IMG/VR virus record: IMGVR_UViG_3300033273_000282
Span: 32,001-96,000 of that record
Length of the DNA stretch: 64,000 bases
Source of the DNA: a virus
Lineage: Duplodnaviria > Caudoviricetes
Strand: one strand, 5' to 3'
In this document: positions 1 to 12,000 of the stretch, piece by piece
Layout: each line of letters opens with the position of its first letter
Position numbering within the stretch: the first letter of the stretch is position 1
Program-made: the position numbers and the translations under genes
Notes under the pieces: generated by a model
Told to the model about the DNA's origin: nothing
Seen by the model: the letters and a program-made list of their open reading frames with translations, nothing else
The model's database searches: none

Positions 1-1
1 T

Positions 2-2479
2 CATCCAGATTTAACACTTTATTCTGGAGACACATATAGATTTGATTACACTAGCAGCACTGTTACTGGTGATGGTACATTATTTAAATTAAGTGTTGTT
101 CCTGATGGAAAGTATTACCTAGTAGAGAACTTAACTGCTGATTTAACACAAGGATCAAATCAAGTAACATTTTCGGATGTTACTGGATTAGTGATTGGTC
201 TGGGTGCTGCTGTTACTTTTGGTGAAGGTGCTGTACCTGCTAATACAACTATTACTGCTATTGATGGAACTACAGTAACACTCAGCAACCCAGCGACTGT
301 TGGTGGTAGTGCTACATTTACTTTCAGTGGAACTGAATATACTGATGGAGTTAGTGTAGTAGAAAATGTTCTAACGATTACTATTAATGATAGCACACCA
401 GATTTATATTTTTATTCCTCTAGTGTAGCAGATGCTGGTGGTAGTGATGGTCAAGAAGCGGTACTAACTACAGACAACAATAACCCCAAAACTTTTGGTA
501 GTGGTCTTGCTCTTACTGTTAGTGCTATTGAAAATACTGATGTAATTACTTTTGATGTTGCTGAAGGTGAAATTGATTCTACCCAATTAAATGTCTCCGA
601 CACTGCTACTATTAATGTTGGTTCATTTACAACTTCTCTTTCTACACCAGCGGCGACTGTAACGGCGCTATCAGCAGATTCTATTACTGCTACTACAGAT
701 CTTGCTGTTACTGCTACTAACACCAATTTTTCCTCAAATGTAAATATTGGCAATTTTCTCACTGTTGCTCAAGATACTGGAAAGGTAGAAACTTCTGGAG
801 AAATTAAAACTTTTAATAAGTTTAACTCTAATGATCTTTTGTTTATCGAAAATGCTGAAATTTCCACAGCTCCTGGAACAGCATTGATTCTAAAACCAGG
901 ATCTACATCAGATGTAACTAAAGTAGATTCTGTTACTGCTCTGAAGATTCCAGCAGGTCTTGAATCAGATAAACCAGCTACCTCAGAAGATGGTTACATT
1001 CGTTTCAACACCACAACAAATCAATATGAAGGATATAGTGCTACTAACGGATCTTGGTCTTCTTTGGGTGGTGTACGAGATCTAGATGGCAACACCACCA
1101 TTCTTGCCGAAGAAACTGTTGGTGCTAATGATAATACTTTATGGTTTATTAATGACAACATTAATACCATGAAGTTCTCTCCTAATTACATGGAGTTTGT
1201 GGATGTCAAGAAGGTTAGATCTATTAACACTTCTGCTCCAGCTTTTACTAACTGGGTGGCAAATGCAACTTTGACAGCAGGTGATTATGTAAAGTATGGC
1301 AATAACATCTTCCTAGTTGTTTCTAGTGGACAAGCAGCAACATCAGGTAGTGAACCAACAGATACTTCTGGTAATGATTTCTCTAATGGTAGTGCTACCT
1401 TAAGATTCTATATCACTGCTGTATCATTTATTACATTTGAAGAAGTATCTGAAGTTCGTATTGACCCAGCGGGATATACAGATCTAGTCATTAACAATGA
1501 ACTAAGGTTCTCTAACAACAATATCTCATCTACTCTAAATGATATTCTATTCTCTCCTAGTTCAGGAAAGAAAGTCAAGATTGATGCTCCGACATCACTT
1601 GTGCTTCCTGTTGGAGATAACAACTCCAAAGGTTCTCCAGAGCAAGGATCTGTTAGATATAACACAGATGATAATCAGTTTGAAGGATACAACGGTGCTC
1701 AGTGGGGCGGACTTGGTGGTGTCAAAGATATTGACCAGGATACTGAGATCAGGGCAGAGTCTGCTCCAGGCGCTGATGAAGATATTTTATTCTTCAAGAA
1801 TGGTGGTAACAATACTCTAAGGGTTACTCAAACTGCCATGGAGTTTGACTCTATGGATACTATCAGTAGTGTCACCAGTAATACACTGAACCTAGAAGCA
1901 ACTGAAGTTACTTTTAATTCTCTTGCTCTTACTATCGACACGGATGCTGTTGACACTTGCTTCTTACTATCCACGAGATCCCAATTTGATATTGGTCTTT
2001 CTTCTGGTTTGAATACCGATCACTTAATTAGATTTAATAATCTTGGCGAGACCATTTACAATCTTGGATTCGGAACTGGTACGGATGATAATATCACTAT
2101 GTTGAATAGTGATCTAACAAACATTAATTATAAAAATGTTAGGTTCTCTACCACTAAACTAGATCTAGAAAAAGGTTTGTTGAATTCTGGTAATGCCACT
2201 GTTTATAATATTTCTACAGAAGCTTCGGCAAAAACTGTTGTTACAGCATACAATACAACAACGGGAGACAAAGAAATTATCGAGTTCTTGGTTATTGATG
2301 ACGGAACCGACGTATTCTTTACAGACACCAACAATATCAAAACAGGAGCAGAACTTATTAGTTCTCTCTTTGATATTGATGGTTCTCAGAATGTTCGTAT
2401 TACTTTGACTCTCGATACTAATCTATCAAATGGTGATAATGTTGAAGTGACTATTGTAAATACTGTTACTAAAAGGTAA
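2..2479 (+). CDS. Virion structural / tail-associated protein, 5'-truncated by the window edge
   Basis: The frame is open from position 2, upstream of the GTG at 191. Thr/Ser/Gly-rich, with two copies of a 'G(Y/S)(I/V)R(F/Y)NT..NQ(Y/F)EGY...W..LGGV.D.D..T.I.AE' repeat typical of cyanomyovirus virion proteins. Confidence 0.75.
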   Translation, partial: HPDLTLYSGDTYRFDYTSSTVTGDGTLFKLSVVPDGKYYLVENLTADLTQGSNQVTFSDVTGLVIGLGAAVTFGEGAVPANTTITAIDGTTVTLSNPATVGGSATFTFSGTEYTDGVSVVENVLTITINDSTPDLYFYSSSVADAGGSDGQEAVLTTDNNNPKTFGSGLALTVSAIENTDVITFDVAEGEIDSTQLNVSDTATINVGSFTTSLSTPAATVTALSADSITATTDLAVTATNTNFSSNVNIGNFLTVAQDTGKVETSGEIKTFNKFNSNDLLFIENAEISTAPGTALILKPGSTSDVTKVDSVTALKIPAGLESDKPATSEDGYIRFNTTTNQYEGYSATNGSWSSLGGVRDLDGNTTILAEETVGANDNTLWFINDNINTMKFSPNYMEFVDVKKVRSINTSAPAFTNWVANATLTAGDYVKYGNNIFLVVSSGQAATSGSEPTDTSGNDFSNGSATLRFYITAVSFITFEEVSEVRIDPAGYTDLVINNELRFSNNNISSTLNDILFSPSSGKKVKIDAPTSLVLPVGDNNSKGSPEQGSVRYNTDDNQFEGYNGAQWGGLGGVKDIDQDTEIRAESAPGADEDILFFKNGGNNTLRVTQTAMEFDSMDTISSVTSNTLNLEATEVTFNSLALTIDTDAVDTCFLLSTRSQFDIGLSSGLNTDHLIRFNNLGETIYNLGFGTGTDDNITMLNSDLTNINYKNVRFSTTKLDLEKGLLNSGNATVYNISTEASAKTVVTAYNTTTGDKEIIEFLVIDDGTDVFFTDTNNIKTGAELISSLFDIDGSQNVRITLTLDTNLSNGDNVEVTIVNTVTKR

Positions 2480-2483
2480 ATAA

Positions 2484-2999
2484 ATGGCAGAACAATTACG
2501 AGCATTTGACTCTCTGGGAGGATTTTCTGTAGAAAATACTACACTAATTAATCCCACAAAAGATGTCCAAAACGTTAACTCATTTGAAGTAAAAAATCGA
2601 TTTTTTACTGACGCTGCTTCTTCTCATTATATTTTGAGAGGAAGCACTACAGCCGTTCTTTCTTTGGATGATGTCGGCAGTCAAATTCCCCTGCCGTCAG
2701 CATCTATCAATTTCATTACAGCACATGTTGTTGGTGTAAACAATACAGGGGCAGGTCACCTATCGACAAAACTAGAATCAACAGTTTCTGTTACTTCTGC
2801 TGGAGTTGTCAGTGAATTATCAAACCTGATTACAATTATTAAAGACAGTGTACCCACAGGAGAAACGTGGACCGTAGAACTATTTGACACAGGTGCTAAT
2901 AATAGATTTAGTTACTCCGTAACTAAGCAAGGTGGTGTTGCTGGACAAACAATTAAGTGGGTAGCATACGTCCAAGTTGTAAGTATTGACTGGACATGA
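2484..2999 (+). CDS. Conserved hypothetical virion protein
   Basis: 171-aa beta-rich ORF in the structural operon, preceded by TAAATA. Confidence 0.7.
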   Translation: MAEQLRAFDSLGGFSVENTTLINPTKDVQNVNSFEVKNRFFTDAASSHYILRGSTTAVLSLDDVGSQIPLPSASINFITAHVVGVNNTGAGHLSTKLESTVSVTSAGVVSELSNLITIIKDSVPTGETWTVELFDTGANNRFSYSVTKQGGVAGQTIKWVAYVQVVSIDWT

Positions 3000-3001
3000 T
3001 G

Positions 3002-3008
3002 CTAAATA
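3002..3008 (+). promoter_or_regulatory. T4-type late promoter (CTAAATA)
   Basis: Late-promoter core about 40 nt upstream of the giant fibre ATG, with a GGAG SD before the start. Confidence 0.6.
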
Positions 3009-3048
3009 GATAGGAGAATAAAATCATCGGCACTGGCAGCGGAGTAAC

Positions 3049-6000
3049 ATGAGTTTTCAGTTAAATTCTGATAGGGAACAACTTAGAGGTGTTGACTCTA
3101 CCATTATTGGTTCTAGTTCTGTCCGTATTAGGGCGGGTCAAGGCACAGAAGAAAGGGAGATCTTTCAAACTAAAGTTGACCCTAGTTCTGGACTGCCTAG
3201 AGTAGGTATCAATAGAACAGGTAGAAGAGTTGACTTTATTAAAGTTACTGCTTCTGGTCAAAATTATACTGATACTCCTACTGTAGAAATTTCAGCTCCA
3301 ACTTTGCCTGGTGGTATTCAGGCAGTTGCTTCTGCTACCACAGACGCTTTTGGTAGAATTACATCGATTGGTATTGACAATCAAGGTGATGGTTATGAAT
3401 TTGCCCCTACTGTAAATATCACTGGCGGTGGTGGTACTGGTGCCGCCGCCGAAGCAGCATTAGATATTATTGAGTTTGAGCTTGACGTTAATGGTGCTAT
3501 CAGAACGTCTACTTCCATCATTTCTGATACAGCAAATATTCTCAACCTGGACATTGATAATCTGGTTACTCCAGATATTAAGATCCGTGCTCCTCATCTA
3601 AAAACATTTATGAATGGTGGTGGAGAAGCATTCCCAACTTCACCAACACCTGTTAATAAAAACGATTATTTCTATGTCCTGAACAATGTTTATCAGGCAC
3701 TTAACAATGGCGTCACTGGTAATATTCCCCCATTCCATGATGATGGTATTGAACTAAATGGTACAGTTCAATTTAAACACATTGGTTATAGGATTGAAGG
3801 AAACCCTGACGTAAAATTCTATGGAGAAGGTGGAAATGCTGGTGTATTCCCACGTTCGATTACTCCACTACTTGGTGATAAGTCAGATAAGATTGCTACT
3901 ACTGAATATGTTCTAAACCTAGCAACAAACGACGTTGGTGGTCGTATCTATGTTTCGGAACAGATTGGTGATGACGACAACGATGGTCGTTCACCAGTTA
4001 ACCCAGTTAGAACAATCAAAAAAGCGTGTCAGTTGGCATGGCAAACTCCTGGTGTTAAGGAGTCGGTTATTGTTGCTGGTGGCAATTATATTGAAGACAA
4101 CCCAATTTCTATTCCACCAGATTGTTCTATTGTTGGTGACAACCTTCGTCTGGTTATTATTAGACCAAACAATCTAAACAAGCACATCTTTAAGTTTGGT
4201 GATAAGAACTACGTTATTGGTGTAACATATCAAGATAAAGTTAACTCTTCTGGTGCTTCTGTCGGCACCTGGGACTTTGCTATGGTCTTCGACGACAAGC
4301 AAAGAATTACATATGATGCCGAAGCTAATGGAGATTTTGGAATTAACTTCCCTGTTGGTCACCAATTCTTTGGACCAGAATCATTTTCGGCACAATTTGC
4401 TTTCAACAGCGGTGGAGCAAGTCTATCTTCTGGTATCCAAATCTTCGGTGTTAGCACTGGTACTCTAGGTAGAATTGGTGCTGTCACATTTGATATTACA
4501 GATACCAACAATCAAAACGTATACCTAGAAGGTAGTGTTGCTGATCTGGTCAAAGAGTCTGGTGCTGGTTTCCAGTCTGCTGAAACATTCCTATTCGGCG
4601 GTACAGGAACTACTTTCTGGAAAGGTACTACAGATTATGATCTCGGAGACGTTGTATTTGCTACAGGTGTTGATAACGAAGGTGGACTAATCGCCAACGT
4701 GTATACTGTTGTTCAAGAAGGTACTTCAGGCATTACTCAACCTGATCACACATCAGGTCAACTTTCTAATGGAACGGTAATCTTTGAATATACTAGAGCT
4801 GCCTACTCAGTCAACTTTAGTGAAATTAACTCAACTCGTGCTGAGGGTGAGGTAGTATTTGTCAACGAAGATCAGGAATCTATTCTACCTATTATTAGAG
4901 TAGATTTCTCACAACAAGGAACTTTTACTGATGGTTTTCAAAGTGATCTTTATGGTAATGCTGAAGACCTTGGTGGTGTTATTTTCTACACCAACCCACT
5001 AGAAGGTGCCAATAACATTCACGACTTCAAAGAAGGTGATGAGATTGAAATTACTGGTATGCCAGTTACAGGATCATACGATCTCACTTTCCTGAATGGC
5101 AAGCAAAGAATTTACAAAGTTCTAGAGGATGCTGATGGTCGTGCTAGAAGATTTGTAATTCCTAAAAAAATTCCAACCTCTTTTAACCTAGAACTAGAAA
5201 ATAACTGGAATCCAGATGATTATGGTGCTGTAGTTAGTGTTAAGTATGCTTCTAAGTCAGTTACCCTATCACTACTAAATTCTCCAAACAAGTTCCCATT
5301 AGCAACACCAGTAGCAAGAAGATATCAAGATGCTTGCCTACAAATCAGAAACAATAGAGACTTCATTGCTGATGAAGTTGTAGGTCGTATTAATGATCAA
5401 TTTAAAAAAGAATACTTCTCTGTATATGATATTGACGCTACAGATCCAGCAGCAGTAGTATTCAAAGTTTTTGCTGGAACGTCTACGTTTGTACACACAT
5501 ATGTGAGTGGTGGTACAGTAACAGTGACTGCTACAGGTAACACTTACAATATTAGTAACTTCGAATATGATAATACTACTGGTGTAGCAACTATTACTAC
5601 ATCTTCCAACCCTGGATTGGTAGAAGATGATACTGTACAACTAGCAGATATTCTAGTTTCTTGTGTCATCAGTGGCGAAGTTGTTGAGAAGACATATCCA
5701 AGTTGGAATATTCCTGTAAGTGATGAAAAGTGTAAGAGAGACGTTCGTCACTTCCTAAATGCTCTAACCCAAGATTTGGAATTTGGTAGCAACTACAATA
5801 TTATCAAAGCTGCTCAAAGATACTTTGATGCTGGACAGATTGAATATGTAGATTATGAAATTATTCAAACTGTTCGTGCTATCGAATATGCTAGAGAACT
5901 AGCAATCTACGCTATGAGAAAGTGGCGTACTGGTGATGGTTCTCCTGGTCAAACAGTGTATGTTCCATCATATGCTTCACAAAATGATCAGTATATCGAT

Positions 6001-9000
6001 CAAACAATTATTGATGATCCTGCTACTCCTGCTTGTGCTAACGTATATAATGCCATCCAAACTCTATCGTATCTCTATGTAGATGTTATAGCAAATAATG
6101 CTTCTGGTACATACCTAGATGCTGCTTATTTGATCTCTAGAAACAAAGATCACATTGCTGACGAAGCGTATCTAAGAACTAAGCAACAGTATCCTTCTCT
6201 TGCTCTCAATAACATCGATGAGCGTAAGTGCCGTAGAGATATTAATTACATCATCACTGGTGTTCTAAGAGACTTGGTTCTTGGTGGTAATACTGGTGCT
6301 GTATCTTATGCCGAGTTGTATTACACAGGCACTGGTCTAACTGGAATCCCTGCTAGTGAACTAGGTGCTACTAGATTTGCTTTCCAGAAAGTAAGAGACT
6401 TGTCTATTCAGGCAATGAGAAACTGGACCACATCTGCTGGTAATCCTGTTTCTCCTCTGTTTACTCTTATTCCTCAGTTTACAGATAACACCATTCTAGT
6501 TGATGCTAACGGAACTCCAACTTTCCAAGGAACTCCAACTGATGCTACCTACGATCCCGCTACTGGTGACTTTGTAATGACGTTTGCTGCTCCTCACGGA
6601 GTAACAACAAACGAATCAATTAGAATTGAAATCGAATCATTCGTATTCAAGTGTGCTATGGACAACTACAGGTCCGAGCACTATCTACCAGAATCTGATC
6701 AAACAGCTGCTACTCAACTTATTCCAGTAGATTCTGTAACTGCTAACACAATCACTATTAATGTTGGTGCTTCTGGTTCTGACGTAACTTTCACACCAAC
6801 TGACGCTACTTACGATCCTTCCACTGGTAACTTCACCATGGAGATCGGAGCCCATACGCTATCACTAGGCGAAGGTATTGTTCTCGATGACAATAGCTTC
6901 ACCTTCAGATGTGCTATGGATGGATATGATTCTCAGAAGACATATCCACGTCCTGGTATCGATCCTTTTGCTGGTAGGTCTATGAAGATCACAGGATCTA
7001 CAGAAACCTCGATTACGGTTAATGTAGGTGCTTCTGGTCCTAACAAAACTTTCCAACCATCCGACGCTACCTATAATCCTGCTACTGGTGACATGGTTGT
7101 CACTGTTGGACAGCATGGATTGGGTGTGGGTCGTAGTGTTGTCCTATCTGATAATAGCTTCACATTTACTTGTGACATGGACAACAACGCCACAGAGAAG
7201 TCGTATCCACGTCCTGGCATCGACCCATTTGCTGGAAAGTCCATTGCTATTACTAGCGTAGGTGTTACAACTCATAGTCCTTCCAACGCTTCCTATGATC
7301 CAGCAGCAGGAACATTACAGTTTACTTTAGTTGGGCATGGATTTAGTAATGGTGACTATATCAAGATCGATGATAATGCTATCACATTTACATGTGATTT
7401 AGATGGTAATGCTTCACAGCATACATATCCGCGCTCTTATGAGTATGCTAGTGGAAGATGGTTTGCTGTTCAAGTAATTGATGCTGACACTTTACAAATC
7501 ACTGGTCTTCCAATCCCAAGAGATCAATCTACACACACTTATGTAAGTTTTGCTCCCAATAGTCTTTCAAGACAAGACGGAACATTTACTATCAATGTAG
7601 GAACTTCTGATGCTGATGTAGAGTTTACTCCTACTAATGCTACTTACGATCCTTCCAACGGAGATCTTGAACTAACTATTGGATCTCATAGTTTGGTGGC
7701 AGGCGAGGGTATTGTCATTGCTGACAATTCCTTGTCCTTCAGCTGTGACATGGATAATCGTGATTCTACCAAGACATATCCACGTCCTGGAATTGATCCT
7801 TATGCTGGCAGATCAATCCCAATTACATCGGTTACTGCTAACACAATTACTGTAAACGCTGGAGTTTCTGGTCCTAACAAGTATTTCACACCAACTGCTG
7901 CTACTTATAGTCCTGTAACTGGTGATATGACTGTCACTGTTGGACAGCATGGTCTAGGTGTTGGACGTAGCGTTGTTCTAGAAGACAACTCCTTCACCTT
8001 CACTTGCCTAACTGATCCTAGTGATCCCAAGACATATCCACGTCCTGGACAGGATCCATTTGCTGGTAAGTCTATTCCCATTACTGCTGTTGGATCTACA
8101 TCTCACGATGTAACTGATGCTCCTTATAATCCTTCTACTGGCATTATTACACTAACAGTTGCTAACCACGGATTCTCCAATGGGGATTACATTAAAGTTG
8201 CTGATGGATCTTTAACATATACATGTGATTTGGATGGCAATACTGTTCAGAAGTCTTATCCACGAGCTGGTTATGACTATCCATCTGGGCGCTGGTTACA
8301 AATCAACGGTGTAACTACAAACACTTTCCAGATCAACGTAGGTCCGTCTTCGTACACTGGCACCCACACCTATGTTGGTGGTACTGCTAGTAATGCTATT
8401 GAACGTCAAGATGGTACATTTACTATTTTTGTTGGTACTTCTTCAGACACTTCGACACATACTTTTGTAAGTGCCACTACTAACGCTATCAAGCACGAAC
8501 CACAATCTACACATTATTTTGAAGGTGCTACTGCTAACTCTGTCAAGCATCTCCCACAATCTACACACACATTTGTTAGAGCAACATCTAACGCCATTAA
8601 GCATGAGCCACAATCCACTCACCAATTCGTCAGTGCTACTACAGGTGCTGTCAAGCATCTACCACAATCGGCACATGATTTCCAACGTGTCATTGGAACA
8701 AATGTAGTTGCTGCTTATCCTTCTGGTGGTAGTCCTGTTTGTGCTGATGTTGAAGCTTCGCTAACAACTTCATTCGCTCTGATTGACGGTATTCTAGAAT
8801 TCGCTGCTGATCCTGATAGTCCTACAGCAATCCAACCTGGAACTACAACAAAAACTACTGGAACATTATTTACTGGAGATAGTATTATCTCCTACCCAAC
8901 CAATGTTCTTAGAGATGCTAATAATAACTATGTTACTATCCGTGGCATTTACGATGATCTACCTATCATCTCAGCATCTCCATATACTCAGAACTCTTCT

Positions 9001-12000
9001 ATTATCTCCAAACTAGGTGGTAGTGGTGCTCTCATTGACGGTTCTAAAGTCAAGAGTCCAAACTGCCCATTCCCTGGTTTGTCTGACGGTAAAGCAACCT
9101 TCCCCAACCAGGGTAAGTCGATGGTTGCTTCGGCATTCACGATTGTTTCTGAACAGAATGGTATTGGTTATAAGGTTATTGAAGATGGTTATACTCAGTT
9201 GGTTTCGGTCTTCTGTATCTTTACTGTTGATGGTATCCTCTGTGAATCTGGTGGTTATGCTTCTGTCACCAACTCTGCTTCTAACTTCGGTACATACGCT
9301 CTAAGATCTGTAGGTATCAGAAGAGAACCATATGAGTTTGACGCTGGATATTCAGATTCTCAAGGATATCAACGTGCTTTCATCGATGTTGTTTCTGAAA
9401 GTATTACTGGTTTCACAGAATTTACCATCGACAACTTAGGTAGAATTCCTCTTGAGCATTATGTTGTCCGTGTTGATGGATATGAATCAGCTGATCTAGA
9501 TGATGAATACTTCATCGATAAAGTAGAAGTTCTTAGAGAGGGTCCTCCTTTCAGAGCAAGAGTTACCTTGACTGATGGTTCTGGCGCTGGAACTATTCAA
9601 TTAAGGAACAAGTCTACTGGTCTCACTGTTTCTCCCGCTTCTCTGTCCCAGTTAAATGTTGCTCTACACAGACCTTCAATTTGTAACTCTTCTTCTCACA
9701 CCTGGGAATTTGTTGGTTCTGGTGTTGACTACAATGCTCTACCAGAAAACGGTGGTATCAAGGTTGATGCCAATGAGCAAGTTTCCGAGAACTATGGTAG
9801 AACATACGTCTCTGGTACTGACGAACTAGGTGACTTTAAAGTTGGCACATTCGCTAAGATTGAGAACAGAACTGGTAACATTACCTTCACGGGTACGGTT
9901 TCGATCTCAGAAGTTGAATTCTTGAAACTGAGAGGTGGCGACGTTGTTGTTACTGGTTTCGATAACAGCAACACCCTTGGTGGTACACTGTCTTCTGACT
10001 CCAAACTACCAACACAGAAAGCAGTTAGAGACTACATCATCAACAACCTTGGTCAGTATTTGAACAAGAACTACTCTACAAACCCAGTTCCTAGAGCACT
10101 TGTTGAACTTACTGACTCTGGTCTAATTTCAGAATCTCAGTTACCTGCTTCCAGTCCAATTGAAGTTTACACTGTAGAAGATCAGGCAGCCAGACTTGCT
10201 CTTGAAGGTATTAGAGCAGGTGACATTGCTATTCAAGATGGTGAAGCATATATTCTAAACACCGATAGTGAGTCGCTATTTGCTGGAATTGCTGTTGATT
10301 CTTCACTACAGTTTACTGCTAATGCTATCTTCACTGGTAGTAATACTGGTGGTAAGATTCAACTTACTGAATATAGACAGGGTGTAGTTAAGAGAATTAC
10401 CATCCCAGATGGTGGTGGTGGTTCTGGATACTCAACTTCCAATCCACCAACTGTTGTCATTACTGATACTGGAACTACACTAGGTCACGTACCTGCTACT
10501 GCTGAAGCAGTTGTTGCTGGTGGTGAAATCGTTGCCATCAACATCACAGAATCTAATGGTTATTTTGGTGGACAAGGATATTCCGATGTTCCAACAATCT
10601 CCTTCACTAATACTGGTGGCGGTTCTGGGGCATCAGCAAACGCTGAGATTGAAAGCAGACTATATGGTAATATTGTTAACGCTATTAAGATTAATGCCAC
10701 TGATACAATTGAGTCTAGTGACGTTCCTTCTGAGACAGTAAACATTATTAGAACCGTTAATACTTCAGGTAGCAATAATGCTAACTGGGTATCTCTAAGT
10801 ACCTCCAGCGTACCTGCTGATAGAATTACAGACGGTCCAATTCCAACTGGTATTCTTGCTAACAACTCTACTGAAGCAAACTCTAATACTGCTCTGTTTG
10901 GTGATCAGTCATATAAGAAAGTTGTTAAGTCTGTTCGTGGTTCTGAAGAGAGATACTTCATTACAACAGCAGATGCTAGTGGTTCTGACTATTTGGTATT
11001 CCTATCAACCAGTCAAAACAACACTGGTCTACTCCTAATCGGTCACCAAGTTACTGGTGTAACTGGTATTCAACCTGGAACGACTATTACACAGATCGCT
11101 GATATCACTGTAGGAACTGACACATTTAAGAGGGTAACACTAAGTGATGGTTTAACAAATGCTATTCCAACAGGAAGTATTGTTGAATTCATCCGACCAC
11201 CATCTCCAATTCTACTAGAATCCACTTCCAGAACTTCTGGATTTATTGAGTCGGTTCAGATTGAAAATGGTGGTCAAGACTTCGCTCAAGACGAGGGCGG
11301 CACCTTTAACTATAACAACGTTGAGGTTTTGGGTGGTGTAGGAACTATCATCCAGAGGATGCAACTCAACTTCAGAATTGAGAGTGGTGTTGTTACTAAC
11401 GTAACTGTTGCTCAAGGTGGTGAGGGATATGAAGCAGACTTCACTATTACTGATATCCCAACAGAAATCGGTACTGAAGGTTCTGGTCTAATTCTACGTG
11501 CTAAGGTCAACACTACCGACAAACAAGAAGGCGACATCGGCATTGACGTTGCCAGAGTAACATCAGACACTCTATCTGATGAAGACTTTGGTACAGTTGG
11601 TGTTGCTAGATTCAAAAAGTCACAGTTTGATGTTGGAGACAATGGTTCGGTAGCACTATTTACTGGTATTGACTCTGGTCTTGATGCTGACTTGCTCGAT
11701 GGTAACCAGAGCACATACTATAGAAACGCTGATAACATTAACGCTGGTAGACTAAAACCTGCTTATCTCTCTGGTGAATATAACATTAGTATTACTCAGC
11801 AATCTGGTAGTACCGCTAAACTAACTGCTAAGACTGGTTCTCTTACATCCGATCTACCTCCAAATGATATCATCGATGGTATCACTGCTGATGTTAGAAG
11901 AAACGATGCTAACCAGTTGTTTGACCCAGCAACTAAAGAAGTTGATGGTGTTATCGTAAGTACAGCAACTGATTACAATACTGTACTTTCCTTTAGAGGT

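Noticed and set aside
8452-8700. 54-nt tandem repeats as a CRISPR array or DGR template
   Set aside because: The repeats are in frame, vary at synonymous and amino-acid level without unique spacers, and no reverse transcriptase or adenine-specific variant pair was seen.
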